Assembly: GCF_009914755.1 (NCBI RefSeq)
Contig: NC_060947.1
Reading direction: 5' to 3' (one strand)
DNA from: the human T2T-CHM13v2.0 reference genome, Homo sapiens
DNA length: 64,000 nucleotides
The notes under the pieces were generated by a model. That model had not been told where the DNA came from. It saw only the letters and a list, made by a program, of their open reading frames with translations, and did not search any database. This document shows, in pieces, positions 28,516 through 42,270 of this stretch (position 1 is its first letter; each line of letters begins with the position of its first letter). Position numbers and translations under genes: made by a program.

Positions 28516-30084
28516 TCAGGTGGGGTTTTTGTGTGGACATCCTTTTTGCTGATGTTGATGCTATTCCTTTCTGTTTGTTAGTTTTCCTTCTAACAGTCAG
28601 AACCCTCTGCTGCAGGTCTGCTGGAGTTTGCTGGAGGCCCACTCCAGACCCCGTTTGCCTGGGTATCATCAGTGGAGGCTGCAGAACAGCAAAGATTGCT
28701 GCCTGTTTCTTCCTCTGGAAGCTTTGTCCCAGAGGGGCTCCCACCAGATGCCAGCCAGAGCCCTCCTGTATGAGGTGTCTGTCGACCCCTGCTGAGAGGT
28801 GTGTCTCGGTCAGGAGGCACATGGGTCAGAGACCCACTCGAGGAGGCAGTCTGTCCCTTAGCAGAGCTCAAGTGCTGTGGTGGGAGATCCCCTGCTCTCT
28901 TCAGAGCCAGCAGGCAGGAATGTTTAAGTCTGCAGAAACTGCTCCCACAGCTGTCCCTTCCCCCAGGTGCTCTGTCCCAGGGAGATGGGAGTTTTATCTA
29001 TATGCTCCTGCCTAGGGCTGCTGCCTTTCTTTCAGAGATGCCCTGCCCAGAGAGGAGGAATCTAGAGAGGCAGTCTGGCTACAGCAGCTTTGCTGAGCTG
29101 CAGTGGGCTTTGCCTAGTTTGAACTTCCTGGTGGCTTTGTTTACACTGTGAGGGGAAAACTGTCTACTCAAGCCTCAGTAATAGTGGGCTCCCCTACCCT
29201 CACCAAGCTCAAGCATCCCAGGTCGACTTCAGACTGCTGTGCTGGCAGTGAGAATTTCAATCCAGTGGATCTTAGCTTGCTTGGCTCCATGACAGGGGAA
29301 TCTGCTGAGCTAGACCACCTGGCTCCCTGGCTTCACCCCCCTTTCCAGGAGAGTGAATGGTTCTGTCTCGCTGGTGTTCTAGGCACTGCTGCGGTATGAA
29401 AAAAAAAACTTCTGCAGATAGATAGCTGAGTGTCTGCCCAAACGGCCGCCCAGTTTTGTGCTTGAAACCCAGGGCCCTGGTGGTGTAGGCACCCGAGGGA
29501 ATCTTCTGGTCTGTGGGATGTGAAGACCATGGGAAAAGCAAATTATCTGAGAGGGAATGCACTGCTCCTCATGGCAGTCTCTCATGGCTTCCGTTAGCTA
29601 GAGGAGGGAGTTCCCAGACCCCTTGCACTTCCCAGGTGAGGTGATGCCCCACTCCGCCTTGGCTCACCCTCCGTGGGTTGCACCCACTGTCTAACCAGTC
29701 CCAGAGAGATGCACTGGGTACCTCAGTTGGAAATGCAGAAATCACCTCCCTTCTGTGTTGATCTCACTGAGAGCTGCAGACCGGAGTTGCTCCTCTTTGG
29801 CCATCTTGGGAAGTGTCTATCTCTTCTTTTTCTTTTACCTAAAATATTATTGATAAGATTGCGGTTATCTATTTCCTAAATAATGTATAAAATTAACTTG
29901 TGAAAGCTTCTGAGCCTGGTAACTTTGTGGGGAGGAGAAAGAAAGGAGTCTTATTTTTTAAGTTATTACTGATTCTTTAGAGATTTCAACTTATTCTTGA
30001 GTCAGTAAGGGAAATCTGTCCTTTTCTAGACAATTATTTGCCTTATCTAGGTTTACAAGTGCATCAATGAAAACTTATTTGTCT

Positions 30085-30440
30085 CTTGACTGCTCTCTTC
30101 CTTTACTGCTATCCAAGCCACTATAATCCCTTGTTTTTACTGTTATAATAACCTCCCAACTGGTCGTTGCTCCCCATTTACCGTGTAGCAGTTCAAATAA
30201 TATTTTTAATATAAATAAAGTCATGCTATTCCTCTCATTAATTTATTTATTACACGTAAACTAAAATCCAAACTTTATCATACTCAAATTTTCTGTCCAT
30301 GCTTCTATCTAAATCCCTTAACATTATTTCCTTTGCTCGCCTACTGCTAATCACATTGGCTTTCTTTCCTACACCTCAGATAAGCCATTCTCCATCTTAC
30401 TTATTTTGTATTTATTTATTTATTTGTTTATTTATTTATT

Positions 30441-30484
<44 letters not shown>

Positions 30485-30965
30485 AATGGGGTCTACCTAT
30501 GTTGTCCAGGTTGGTCTTGAACTCCTGGGCTCAAGCAATCCTCCCTCCTTTGACTCCAAAATTGTTGCAATTATAGGCTTGAGCCACCACACCCAGCCTC
30601 ATACTCACTGTTTGATCTTGAAAATTGCCATTCCTTTTGCCTTAATAGGTCTACCCCAAGGTTTTCTAGATAAGTGGCATTTTCTTGGCATTCGTGTCTC
30701 AGCTCTATAGTCATTTCCTCTGGGAAGCATTCTCTGACTACACTTTTTAAATTATATTCCCCTAATTTCTCTCTCACACATACATGCACATTTTGACATC
30801 AGCTCCATTTTATTTTCTTCATTGCATTCATCTAGAAGTATTTATTATTGCAGTTAAGTAAGTGTTTTGTTCATGGATGATAAAATCTTGTAGTGGTGAA
30901 ACCTATTCCCCATATTTTCTTTCATGTCTCTAGCACCTAGAATAGTGCCTCATACATGGTCATAG
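30085..30965 (+). mobile_element. L2 fragment
   Basis: aataacctcccaactggtc...tctctagcacctagaatagtgcc. Confidence 0.65.
30400..30598 (-). mobile_element. FLAM/Alu left monomer with a (TTTA)n(TG)n tail
   Basis: tagaaatggggtct...ctcctgggctcaagcaatcc...gagccaccacacccagcc. Confidence 0.85.
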
Positions 30966-31297
30966 CTGGCTATATATCACAGGAGAGGAGCTGTTTGAGC
31001 TGTAACTTAAGTAGGTCTTTTCTCAGTGGAGAATGGGAGCAAGATATTAAAGCATATGCCCAGAAGTCTCTGTGCAAATAAATAATTACATCATTCTGTC
31101 ATTTTTTTTCTGAGACGAAGACTAAAGATTGAATGGTAATAAATAGGGAATATAAGGCATATCTTGCTATTCTCAGCATTATTGAAACTATCAGTTGCAC
31201 TACTCTAGAGCACTCAATAGATTATGAATTTTCGTCATCAAATAAATTCAAAACACCACAATATTTTTGAGTAAAGTGAATAGTCAAATATGTCAAA

Positions 31298-31747
31298 TAT
31301 TCACAATAGCAAAGATATGGAATCAACCTAAATGCCCGTCAATGATAGACTGGGTAAAGAAAATGTGGTACATATACACCATGGAATACCATATATCTAT
31401 AAATAAGAGTAAGATCATATCCTTGTAGCAATACAGATGGAGCTGGAGGCCATTATTCTAAAGAAACTAATACAGGAACAGAAAACCAAATACTTCATGT
31501 TCTCACTTATAAATGGAAACTAAACTTTGAGTACACACATAAACTCAGAGAAAAGATAACAAGCACCAGGGCCTACTTGAGGATGGATAGTGAGAGAAGG
31601 GAGAGGATTGAAAAACTATCTATTGGGTACTATGCTTATTACCTGGTTGAAAAAATAATCTATACACCAAACGCCGATGACATGCAGTTTACCTATATAA
31701 CAAACCTCCACATGTACCCCTGTACCTAAAATACAAGTTTAAAAAAG
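31298..31747 (+). mobile_element. L1PA15/16-like 3' end
   Basis: tcacaatagcaaagatatggaatcaacc...gcctacttgagg...aaaaactatctattgggtactatgc...A-tail. Confidence 0.85.
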
Positions 31748-32455
31748 TGTAAAAATAGTTGAGGAGATAGAGTTAAATCTAGACCAACTATATGAGCACT
31801 ATGTTGCTCCAGGGTAGTGCAGTTCCTACCAATAGTTACTAGTTTCTACTATAACAAAACAAAACAAAACTGCCTACATAATACTAAGCAGTTGATCTGT
31901 ACTAAAACAACCAGAGATTTCTTGCCACAGATTTAAAATTTAAAAAACATACATTGGAATATAATTTAACTCTATTTATCTCTGGAGAATCCATCACAAA
32001 CATAATTTTACTCAAACTCAATGTTTGGAAGTAAAAGTAAAGACTGAGATATTTACTCATACAATGCAATTGGATTTTAGATAAGCACAGATTTGTTAGC
32101 CCTTATGTTTGATGAGTGGCAAATAAAACTATAAATTGTCTATGTAGTATACAGCGATATAGAATTCAAGACACTGGAATTAATGTGTCACAACTGTGAT
32201 TGCCAATGGAGTTTATGTAAAAAATGGAGTCATGATAATTTTCAGATCCTGCAGATCATTTTTGTCAGACATAGTGCTTGATAAAAGATTCTGGCTCATC
32301 CATGGAAGCTGTGATACCTTATTCAAATCATATCAATACCTTGAGCTTCAATATCTTATTCTTAAGAGTAGAGAAAATATTACTTATTTCCCAGAATTAT
32401 TTTAAGATCTAGATAAAATCATACATGTCGTGTTTGCACATGGTATGATTGGGGT

Positions 32456-33000
32456 TTGTTTCAATTAATTTTCATTGTGTAACAAATTACCCTGAAACTT
32501 ACATGCTTAAAACAACGTTCTTTTATATAATTATTGCCTGTGGTCAGCAATTTGGGATGGGCTTAGTTGGATGATTCTTCTGGTGGTTCTGCCAGGGTTC
32601 ATTCATTCGGCTATGATCAATTAGGACAGCAGCAGGGACTGGATTGTGTAAAATGGCCTCACTTACATGGTTGGTGGTTGGCAGGCTGTTGACCAGGACT
32701 CCTTGGTTTTCTTTTATGTGACCTTTTCCTGTTTTTTTCCCCAAATCTCGAGAACCTGTGAGCTATATGGCTTTTTCATAAAGCTACCTCAGACTCATTC
32801 ACATTGTGGCAGCATTCTAAAAGGGCTAGAATGAGAACTGCAAGACTTATTGAAGTTTAAGTTCTGAAATAGCATATCACATATGCCACATTTTACTGGT
32901 GAAAAAAAGTCATATTGCCAGCACATATAAAAGAGGTAGGAAAAACTCCACCTTTTCCTAGGAAAAGATGAAAATAACGCATGGTCATTTAATCAACGAC
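32456..33000 (-). mobile_element. Old MLT1 (H/I/J-like) LTR
   Basis: tgtgtaacaaattaccctgaaactta...ttaaaacaac...ggtcagcaatttggg. Confidence 0.65.
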
Positions 33001-33974
33001 AGTGACCTTAGTGAAGTAATCTCAGCAGAGTGATTTAGTAAAGGAGTTAACTTCTAATGAAATGAAGAATGAAATGTAAGTAAAGAAGTAGAAACTACAT
33101 TCATAGATACTTCCAATAAACTTATCGGTAAACAGGAAGAGTATAAAAGGGTGTTGGCTGAAAGATACGGAGTCAAAAAATTTTTAAATGTTTAGATTGG
33201 AGGGCCACAAGAATACTCAAATGCTAAGGGGAAATTTAGAAGCATGGAGGAGGCTGACAATAGAGAATAGAAAATGAGTAATGGAACAAGATTTTGGAAT
33301 GAATGGACTCAAGCAGTGCACAGGAGGAAGGAGAACCTTCTTTGAGATGAGGAAGTTAAATATAGTTGCCATTGACATAAATATATTTGTAGAAAGTATT
33401 GGAGATGTTACAGGAGAGTTTCCCTTAATGACTTTTCTTGATGAAATAAGAGTTATGCTGATGTTAGGTATAATTTTGAATATTACAGATTTGTAGTGAT
33501 ACAAATGTGCACTGAAGTGTAACCTTTACTAACATTCTCAATAGCTAGTTGTAAAAGTGGACATTCTAATAGTTCAATGGAATTAGAGTTGGGATGTTTC
33601 AGTACAATTGCGGAAAAAGAGCCCGAGGGCAAGGATTTTATTGGTGAAAAAATTATTTAATGGACAGATTATGGAGTATAGTTTGGATGAGTTAATTAAT
33701 AAATTGTGATTAAGGAAATTGGATCAATTGTTATAAATTAGCGAGGATTAAAAACTGTAGTGATAGGACGAAAGAACATGAAAAAGTTAAAAGTAGAGAA
33801 AAGAATTCGATGACAAAGTATAGTGTGATTATATGGTGTGTCTGGGACAGTCCTAGTGTTAACTCCTAACAGACCCACCCTTGCATTCTCAAAAGTGTCC
33901 TCATTTGGACATTAAATTATATGGTCACTTAGCACCTTAGATTTTAAGATTAAAATGGGGTGGGCATTTCTGAA
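33001..33974 (-). mobile_element. L2 remnant (continues ~38507-39270 after the HERV16 provirus)
   Basis: Purine-rich degenerate L2 antisense sequence. Confidence 0.5.
33821..33931 (-). mobile_element. MER96-like hAT MITE
   Basis: Imperfect TIRs tagtgtgattata...atatggtcactta. Internal ctcaaaagtgtcc...tttggac. Confidence 0.65.
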
Positions 33975-36900
33975 TGCAGCAGTGATGAGAGTGTTCCTCT
34001 TAGACTTCTTTCTACGGTAGGAAATGAAATTAATTGAAGGCCCCAGCTGCTGCCTTGTCCTGAAAACCATCTCATGTTTATGCCGAGGCCTCCCATGTGC
34101 TGCTTGCCACCGAGGATGAAAGGATAATAAGAGGACACATTTCTGGAAGATATAGAACTCCTTTGTGATCAGTTTGGGTCAAGGCCTTCCCTACAGCTTG
34201 CCCAACCTTGCTTAGAGTGCACTGCAGTCTAGGTTGCTCCCATTCAACCTTCTCTCCCTCTCTTCTTCTTTTGGAGTCAGATATACATGGAGATTTGACA
34301 GCTCTTTCAGTTTCCCCAGGTCCTTCCATATTCCCTTTTATATAGACATTTGTCCTAATAAAATCTTTGCACGTTTAATCCTGTCTTAGTGTCTGCTTCT
34401 CGGAGGGATCCAGGCTAAAACAAATGGTACCCAGAGTAGTTCAAAAAAAGATTGGCAGTAAGATCAGGATTTCATACTTGTTCATCCGCTGGAGCATGGA
34501 TAGTACTTGGCAGAAAACAGTTGTTAAATTGTTAAATATTTCAGCTTTCATGACCTTGGAAGATATCTCAGTGGTGAGGAATGCTGTAAAAGGTGCAGTG
34601 AAGCAGGCATTTGGAACTTATAAGAATGTTTGCAAAGACAGCAAAGTTGGCTGGTTAATGCTAAATTGTATTGACACAATGCATATGGATAATGAGAGAC
34701 TTAGAGCTGTTAACAAGCAGTTAATACGTGAGTGCAAGAACTAGAGGGCCTCAGTGGTAGCATATAAAGAGGCCCTCATCACCTGTAGCAGAAGGCCAGA
34801 CACAATCAAACAGCAGGCTGAAGAACTAATTGTGAGGGTTGCAGAGCCCCAGAGACGACAAAGTGGTCTGTTATGCCAAGGTCAGGGTTCTGGTAGGTAA
34901 AACCTATAATAGTATTCTGAATACTTAAAGGAGTACATCTGGATGGCTGTTCTGAAGATACTTTACAGCTCTCCCACACTCTGTACACACCAGAAATGCA
35001 TAGGTGGCCCACCCCTCCCTTTAACAACTAGGATTTCCTCTGTGATTCAGGAGGCTTCAGAAGCCTATCTCCAACCGGGCAATTGGTGCTTCTTTAGATA
35101 CTGCCCCCACCTACTTTGTTGTCTGTAAGGTTTATAACTAGTGTGAAATACCAGCATAGCCTGGCTGTGGGCAAACTGGGACTCATAAAGAATTTAAGAG
35201 ATTATATACTTAAAGAATTGCAAGTACTATCCAGCATATACCAGCAGTAACCATGGCAGTACCTCAGGGATTGGGTTTTGAGTGTTCTTGACAAAGTCAG
35301 ACTGGAAGGCTGGATAAGTAAGGATTAGTTGGACTTGAGTACATTTTTTAGGGGCATGAGATTGAACGCTCTAGCAAAGACCTCAGGGAACAGGGCAAAT
35401 TTGCTGCTAGGATGGCTCTTAGAAGTGTTGAAAAAAATGATGGCCAATGTTCAGCAAAGGAGGCATGCATACATGTCCCTGGAATATGGTAGAAAAAAAA
35501 AAAAGAGCCCTAGGGAAGTGGACATCTTGGAATGGATATATTAAAGCTAAAAGAACCACAACAGAATCATATTCCCTGAGAGAAGCCATAGTACATACCA
35601 TTCACCAAAGCCATTGGGATTACACTGATGTTAGGGGCACAGGCATCATTGAGAAGCTCAGGGGTGGCCCTCCTCTTTAATTTGTGTTTAATATTAAGGA
35701 AGGCAGTCAAAGAATTGGACTCATTATTGGCCATGGTGCTAGTGGATCCATAGTCTAATAGTGGCCAGGTGGCAGTGCTTAACTGTCAGAAGTCAAAAGG
35801 CTGAATTTACCACAATGATAAGCACGGTGAGACTAGCAGCCAAAAGGGCTTGATCTGCAGGGAGCTGTAGACATGAATGGAACATGGTATAACTAGAAGC
35901 AAAATAGAGATGGACATCTAGGGTTCTGCTTAATACTTACCACCCTAAAAAGGCAGTCATGGAAGAGCAGAAGGCTGAGGGATGTCACCTCAATAAAGAG
36001 TCACAATTCTGGGCAGGGTGTGGTGGCTCATGCCTGTAATCTTAGCACTCTGGAAGGCTGAAGTGGGAGGGTCACTTGAGCCCGGGAATTCAAGACCAGC
36101 CTGGGCAGCATGGTGAAACTCCATCTCTACAAAAATTTCAAAAATTAGCTTGGCATGGTACTGTGCACCTGTGGTCCCAGTTACTTGGTAGGCTGAGGTG
36201 GGAGGATCACCTGAGCCTGGGGAGATCAAGGCTGCAGTAAGCCGTGATAGTGCCACTATGCTCCAGCCTGAAGCCTGGGTGACAGTAAACCTGTCTCAAA
36301 TAAATAAATAAATAAGAGTTAAAATTTGTTCTTTGGTGCCTAGATCTGAGCTAATTTTCACATCTAGGATTAGTTGACTGAAGAGGCCTGAGCTTCTAGA
36401 GGAAAGGAAAGGACCCTATAACACCATAGCCAGTATATGCCATGACAGTTCTCTAGTCTTTCCCCAAAGTGATCTATGGTCATTTACTCAAGTGTGGTGA
36501 AGTGACAATAACCAGACATTTCAAGAACTATTACACGTAGGGTCTGAGTTGTACTGACACTCAGAAACCCAAATAATCATTATAGCTCTCCTGTGGGGAA
36601 GAGGCCTATGGGAACCATGTAGTCAGTGGAGTCTTAGCTAAAATTTGGCTCAGAGTGGACCCAGTGGTTATTTACCCAGATGCTAAGTGCATAATACGAA
36701 TGGATGTAAATGGGAGTTGGAGTAATTCCCACATTTGGCCCTTGGTTTATGGGGTATGAGATACTGTGGGGAAAGCCAGTGGGAACCAGTAAAAAGGCTC
36801 CCCACCTACTCCGGATAAGATAGTAAATTTCTAAAAATTATCGTACGGGGAGTTAGGCTTTAGGTAAATTATTAAAGCTTGAAAGATGTTAGGGTGGTGG

Positions 36901-38506
36901 TTTATATAATATGAATAATCAATTCACCAAGTTGATTTCCATCCTGGAAGGGTCAGTAGTTTATCCTCACAAGGAGAAATACTTATCCAGGCATGAGGAG
37001 TTGCTTTTTCTGCTTGTAAGAGTCTCAGACAGCACCACTTTATGCAGGCTTACAGAATTCCTGATTCGTAAGTATGGTATCCCATACAGCATGGCATCTG
37101 ACTAAACTCTCTCTCATGAAAAAGGAGGTGCAGAAATGGGTCAGATGCCACTGAGTCCACTGATCATATCACCCACCAGACCATCCAAAGGCAGCTAGTC
37201 TCACAGAACACTGGAACACCCTTCTAAAGGTACAGCTGAAGTGTCAGCTCAGAACACCTTGAAAATGGGGCACCAACCTACAAGGTATAGTGTATTTGTT
37301 AAATCACAGACTGCTGTATCATGCTGTGCTCCAGTATTAAGGATGCATGAGTTAAGAATCCAAGTGGTAGAAGCAGGCGTGGCCCCAGTTGCTCTCACTC
37401 CTAATGGCCCAATGGGAGCTTATACTTTCTGTCATTTCAACTCTGGGTTCTGCCAAGCTGGAGGTCCTGTTTCTCAAAGGGGATGCACTCTTTCCAGGAA
37501 ACATAGCAAGGGTTCCATTGAACTACAAGTCAGAGGTTATTTCAGGGAACTTTGGATTCCTTGTGCCCCAGGACCAAGAAAGTGACAAGAGTCACCATAA
37601 TGGCAAGGGTAATTGATCCTGGCGTTCAGGAGGAGGTGTGGTGGTTTTTACACAATGGTGACAGGGAGGAATTGTGTGGTGATCCTAGGTAATCCACTTG
37701 GGCACTTCCTTGTACTCTCTTGCTCCATTCTAACTGAACAGGGAAGTACAGCAATTCCAGACTGAGAAGGCCTCAGACCATTCAAGAATAAAGATTTGGA
37801 TAACACCAGCAGGAAGTCAGCAAGATCTGCAGAGGAGACAGCTGAGGGAGAGGTGAATTTAGAATGAATAGTAGAGGAGGGAGAAGATGGCACACAGTTG
37901 TGGCCCTAAGACCAACTACAATGATCAGGGTTGTAGTTCATCCCACTAACTACCTTCTTACCTTTCTCACAGAAAGAAATGTCCATGGGACAATGCAGCA
38001 GCTTCTCCACAAAACTATGTGGAGTAAGTCTGTGTGGCCAAAGGTGTTGACAGTGGCAGACATAAGAATGCACCTCAGACAATTTGCTAAAAGAAAAAAA
38101 AAAAATGACCAAGGTCCCCAGCTGTTGCACTTTGAAATTAGTCCCTGTGTTTGTCCTGAGGAAACACTTCTCATGGACTGCTCCCAGAATTTGAATAACC
38201 AGCAAGATACTAAGGCAAACCCATTTATGGAAGATACCGGGTTCATTTGTTGGCTGACTTTGGTTCAAGGACTCCTCCGTGACCTTGCCAAAACTTCCTT
38301 AGACTGCACTCCACTCTAAGTCACTTTCACTCAATCTTTTTTCACTCTGTCCTTTACTTGGAGTTGGAAGCGCATGGCAATTTAACAGCTTTCCCAGCCT
38401 CCCCATCTTATTCATATTTACTTTCACACAGGCATTTCTGTTAATAAAATTCTTTCACATTTAATCAATATTAGTACCTGCTTCTTGAAGGCTCCCAGCT
38501 AAAACA
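33975..38506 (+). mobile_element. HERV16/ERVL provirus with both LTR16-type LTRs (~33975-34422 and ~38052-38506)
   Basis: Both LTRs contain ccccagctg and end aataaaat...tttaatc...ctgcttct...gctaaaaca. PPT-like aaaggtgttgac precedes the 3' LTR. gag/pro/IN/dUTPase-like remnants lie between. Confidence 0.75.
36011..36313 (+). mobile_element. AluJ inside HERV16
   Basis: cacttgagcccggg...gaggtgggaggatcacctgagcc. TSD aagagtcacaatt / aagagttaaaatt. Confidence 0.92.
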
Positions 38507-39269
38507 ATGGTGACTAAAAAGAAATGTATAATATAAACTTGGAAGTGAGTGACTGGGAATAAATGGGGTCATTGGAGTTCAGGAGGAGAAGCGAATGAAA
38601 AATTAGGTTTTTGTGTAGGTTGTCCAAGTTATAATGCTGTACGTGATGGAAGCAGAGATAGTTTTAAGTAAGTAGTTCAATAGGAAAGTTTTCAGTGAAT
38701 ATGAAAATACTTTCCTGAAGAATATCTGTAAATAACAAAATCTTAGAGGCTAAAGTATAGTATAACAAAGAGAATGAACTCCAAAGAAAATATTGTACAC
38801 AAAGAAAGAGAATTACTAGCCTAAAATGAGAAATGGGAAGTGAAAATATTGCTGGTGACTATAGCTACAGTACCTTAAAAACTGAGTAACTTTTGAGAAG
38901 CTACAGGGAAGTTTTTATTCTCAAAGGAGATCCAAACATCTGCTATTATGAAGAGATAAAAGAAGCATTCTGTATAAATATACAAATATTTATATGCATA
39001 TACAATATACATATCTATTTATGGAATAAATATACATCATATAAATACACACATGTGCAAACACATGCAAGGGTATAATGTAGTATAAGGTAGTTTGTTT
39101 AACAGAAAAATGCATGCAAGTGGTCCAGTTAGAAATGATTGGCAGTGATGGTAGCAATGAGTGTATAAGTCAGGAATAATAAAAAACAAAACAGGATAGT
39201 ATGAGATTATGGAAAATGTTAGGTGAACAAAAGGTAAATAAAATGATGGTAGAGGTAAAATATTTCTGT

Positions 39270-41639
39270 AGTTTCATGGTTCCAAGAAAATTATATATAA
39301 TTTAAATATGCAGTGGGCAGAACTTTGGGTAGTGCAACCAGTTGTGCATTTTGCTTGGAAGGAGAAATGGTGAGACAATTGATGATGTGCAGATTCATGG
39401 TCTGTGGCCAGTGGTTTGGCTAGACTGTCAGGGACTTGGTAGGAACATGGCTGGAAGATTGGTGAGAAAGAATAATGAGGAAGAGTTTTGTGGATGGACA
39501 TCTCTGAATGGCATAAAATGTTATGACATTTGTGCCATGTGAATTCTCACCCAAAGGTGACCTCAAGCAGAGGAAGATTTTAATAAAGTAAGTATTATGA
39601 CACATTCTGTGACCACCACTCAGCCTCTTTCCCCATTCACTCATGTCATTGTTCAATGGGCTCATGAACAAAGTGGCCATGGTGTCAGGGATGGACATCA
39701 TGCATGGTGTATTAGTCAGTTCTCATATTGCTATAAAGAAATGCCTGAGACTGGGTAATTTATAAAGAAGAGGTTCGATTTGCTCACAATTCTGCAGGCT
39801 GCACAGGAAGCACTGAGGCATCTGCTTGGCTTCTGGGGAGGCCTCAGGAAACTTACAATCATGGCAAAAGACAAAGGGGGAGTGAGTACTTCAAATGGCT
39901 GCAGCAGGACAAAAAGAGAGAGCAGATCTCATGAGAACTTATTCACTATCATGACCAAGGGGGATAGTGCTAAACCATTCATGAGAAACAACCCCCATGA
40001 TACAATCACCTCCCACAAGGTCCCACCTCCAACATTGGAGATTACAACCGAATATGAGATTTGGGTAGGGACACAGACCAAAACCCTATCACATGGGCTC
40101 AGCAACATGGACTTATCAAGATCAACCTGGCTACAGCCATGCTGTGTGCCCAATCTGCTAGCAGTAGAGAACAACACCGAGTCCCAAATACGGCACAATT
40201 CTTTAGCGTGATCAGCTAGCTATTTGGTGTCAGGTTGTTTACACTGGACCGCATTCATCATGAAAGGGGCAAAATTTTGTTCCTACTGGAATAGAAATTT
40301 ACTCTGGATATGGATTTCCCTTCTTTGCACACAATGCTTCTGACAAAACTACCATCCATGGATTTACAGAATGCATTATCCAGCATGGTATTCCACACAA
40401 CATTCCTTCTCACCAAGGAACTCACTTCACAACCAACCAAGCATGTCAATGGGCCCATGATTGTGGCATTCGTTGGTTTTACCATGATCTCTAGAATCCT
40501 GAAGCCACTGCCTTGGTAAAATGATGAAATGGCCTTTTGAAGATACAGTTACAGTGTAATCAAAGTGGAGTGGCAATGGCAGTACCTTTTAGGGTTGGGG
40601 CAAGGTTTTCCAGAAGGCTGTATATGCTCTGAATCAGCATCTAGTATATTGTACTGTTTTTTCCATAGCTAAGAGTCATAGATCTAGGTATTAAGTGGTA
40701 GAAATGGGACTGGCACCACTCACCATCACCCCTAGTGACCCATAGCAGAATTTTTCTGCTTTCTATTTCCTTGAGTTTATTCTCTACTGGGCTAGAGGTC
40801 TTAATTTCAGAGGGAGAATTGCCTCTATTAGGAGACACAACAAAAATTCCATTGAACTGGAAGTTAAGACTGCCCCCCAGACACTTTGGGCTCCTCATTG
40901 CTTCTGAGTAAACAGGCAAAGAAGGAAGTTACAAGGTTAGCTGGGGTGATTGCTCTAGACTATCAATGGAAATTTGGACTACTACTCCACAGTGAAAGGA
41001 AGGAAGAGTATGTCTGGAATACAAGAGATCTCTTAGGGCATCTTTTAATATTATAACATCTTATAATCAAGGACAATGGAAAACTGCACCCAATTCAAGC
41101 AGAACTATGAATGGCCCAAAGCCTTTAGGAATGAAAGTTTGGGTTACTTTACCAGGTGAAAAACCATGACCGGTTGAGGTGTTTGCTGAAGGCAAAGGGA
41201 ATACCAGCTGGATAGTAGAAAAAGGTAATTAAATATTTCAACTGTGACCATGGATCAGTTACAGAAACAAGGAAACTTTAATTGTCAGGAGTATTTTCTT
41301 CTTATTTTATTGTAAATATGTTTGCATGTACATGTACAGATATTAAGCAAATATGTTTGTTTTTTTCTCTCTTATTCCCTTATCATTAACATAAGATGTA
41401 CTGGGTTTATATCAATATTTAAGTATTGTTAAATTTATGTCATAGTACTTAAGTTACAGGTATCAGAAGAAGAGTAAATATTAATCAAAGACTTGAGCTC
41501 CTTTTGCAGGGAAGAGATTAGTGCATTTTCAGTTGCATATCTTGTTAGGTGGAATTATGACCTTGCTTTTGTCTTTATTTTGAAAATAAGTATGGTTTAA
41601 AGAGATGTGTGTGCCTGCCAAGTTGACAAGGGGTGGACA
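39270..41639 (+). mobile_element. ERVL (MLT2-int/HERVL-type) 3' internal region: RNaseH, integrase and dUTPase remnants
   Basis: cagtgggcagaactt (QWAEL). ggaatagaaatttactctggatatgga (GIEIYSGYG). ccattgaactggaagttaagactgcccc...cactttggg (dUTPase-like). PPT gacaaggggtggac. Confidence 0.85.
39708..40091 (-). mobile_element. MSTA-like LTR inserted in the ERVL
   Basis: tgtattagtcag...aaaaccctatca. Perfect TSD catgg. Confidence 0.93.
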
Positions 41640-42223
41640 TGTGATGCATAATTTATCAGTCAACTTAAGTGGGTTAAGGGATGTCCAGATAGCTGGTTAA
41701 ACATTAATATGGGTTTGTCTATAAGAGTATTTTCAGAAGAGATTAGCATTTGAATCAGTAGACTGAGTAAAGAAGATCCACCCTCACCAAAGTGACGTGG
41801 GCATCATCCAATCCGACGAGTGTCAGAATATATTGAAAAGGAGGAGGAAGGGGGAAATTGTTTATCTTTTTGAGCTGAGATACTCACCTTCCATCCTTGG
41901 ACAAAAGAGCTCCTAGCTCTGAGGCCTTTGGACTCAGACTGCATTACACTATTGGCTTTCCCGGGTCTTCAGCTTGCAGAAAACATATTGTTCTCTACTT
42001 CAATAACCACTTGAGCAAATTCTCATAATTTCCACTTATATGTATGTATATGTATATTTATGTATCTAAATCTATATATACAGGTATATAGTTATACAGA
42101 TATTTATATCTATATCTATCTATATCAATAGATATATATAGTGTGTATATATATATTCTATATGTATATATCTACGGAGATATCTATCTATCTATAGATA
42201 TATTCATATAAGAAAGAAGATTT

Positions 42224-42270
<47 letters not shown>

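Noticed and set aside
28401-29015. 204-aa Cys-rich ORF
   Set aside because: Antisense read-through of a nested L1 3'UTR into the L1PA7 5'UTR, with no evidence of a real gene.
34424-34744. 106-aa ORF at the start of the HERV16 internal region as a domesticated gag
   Set aside because: Short, and downstream gag is full of stops and frameshifts. No sign of preserved coding.
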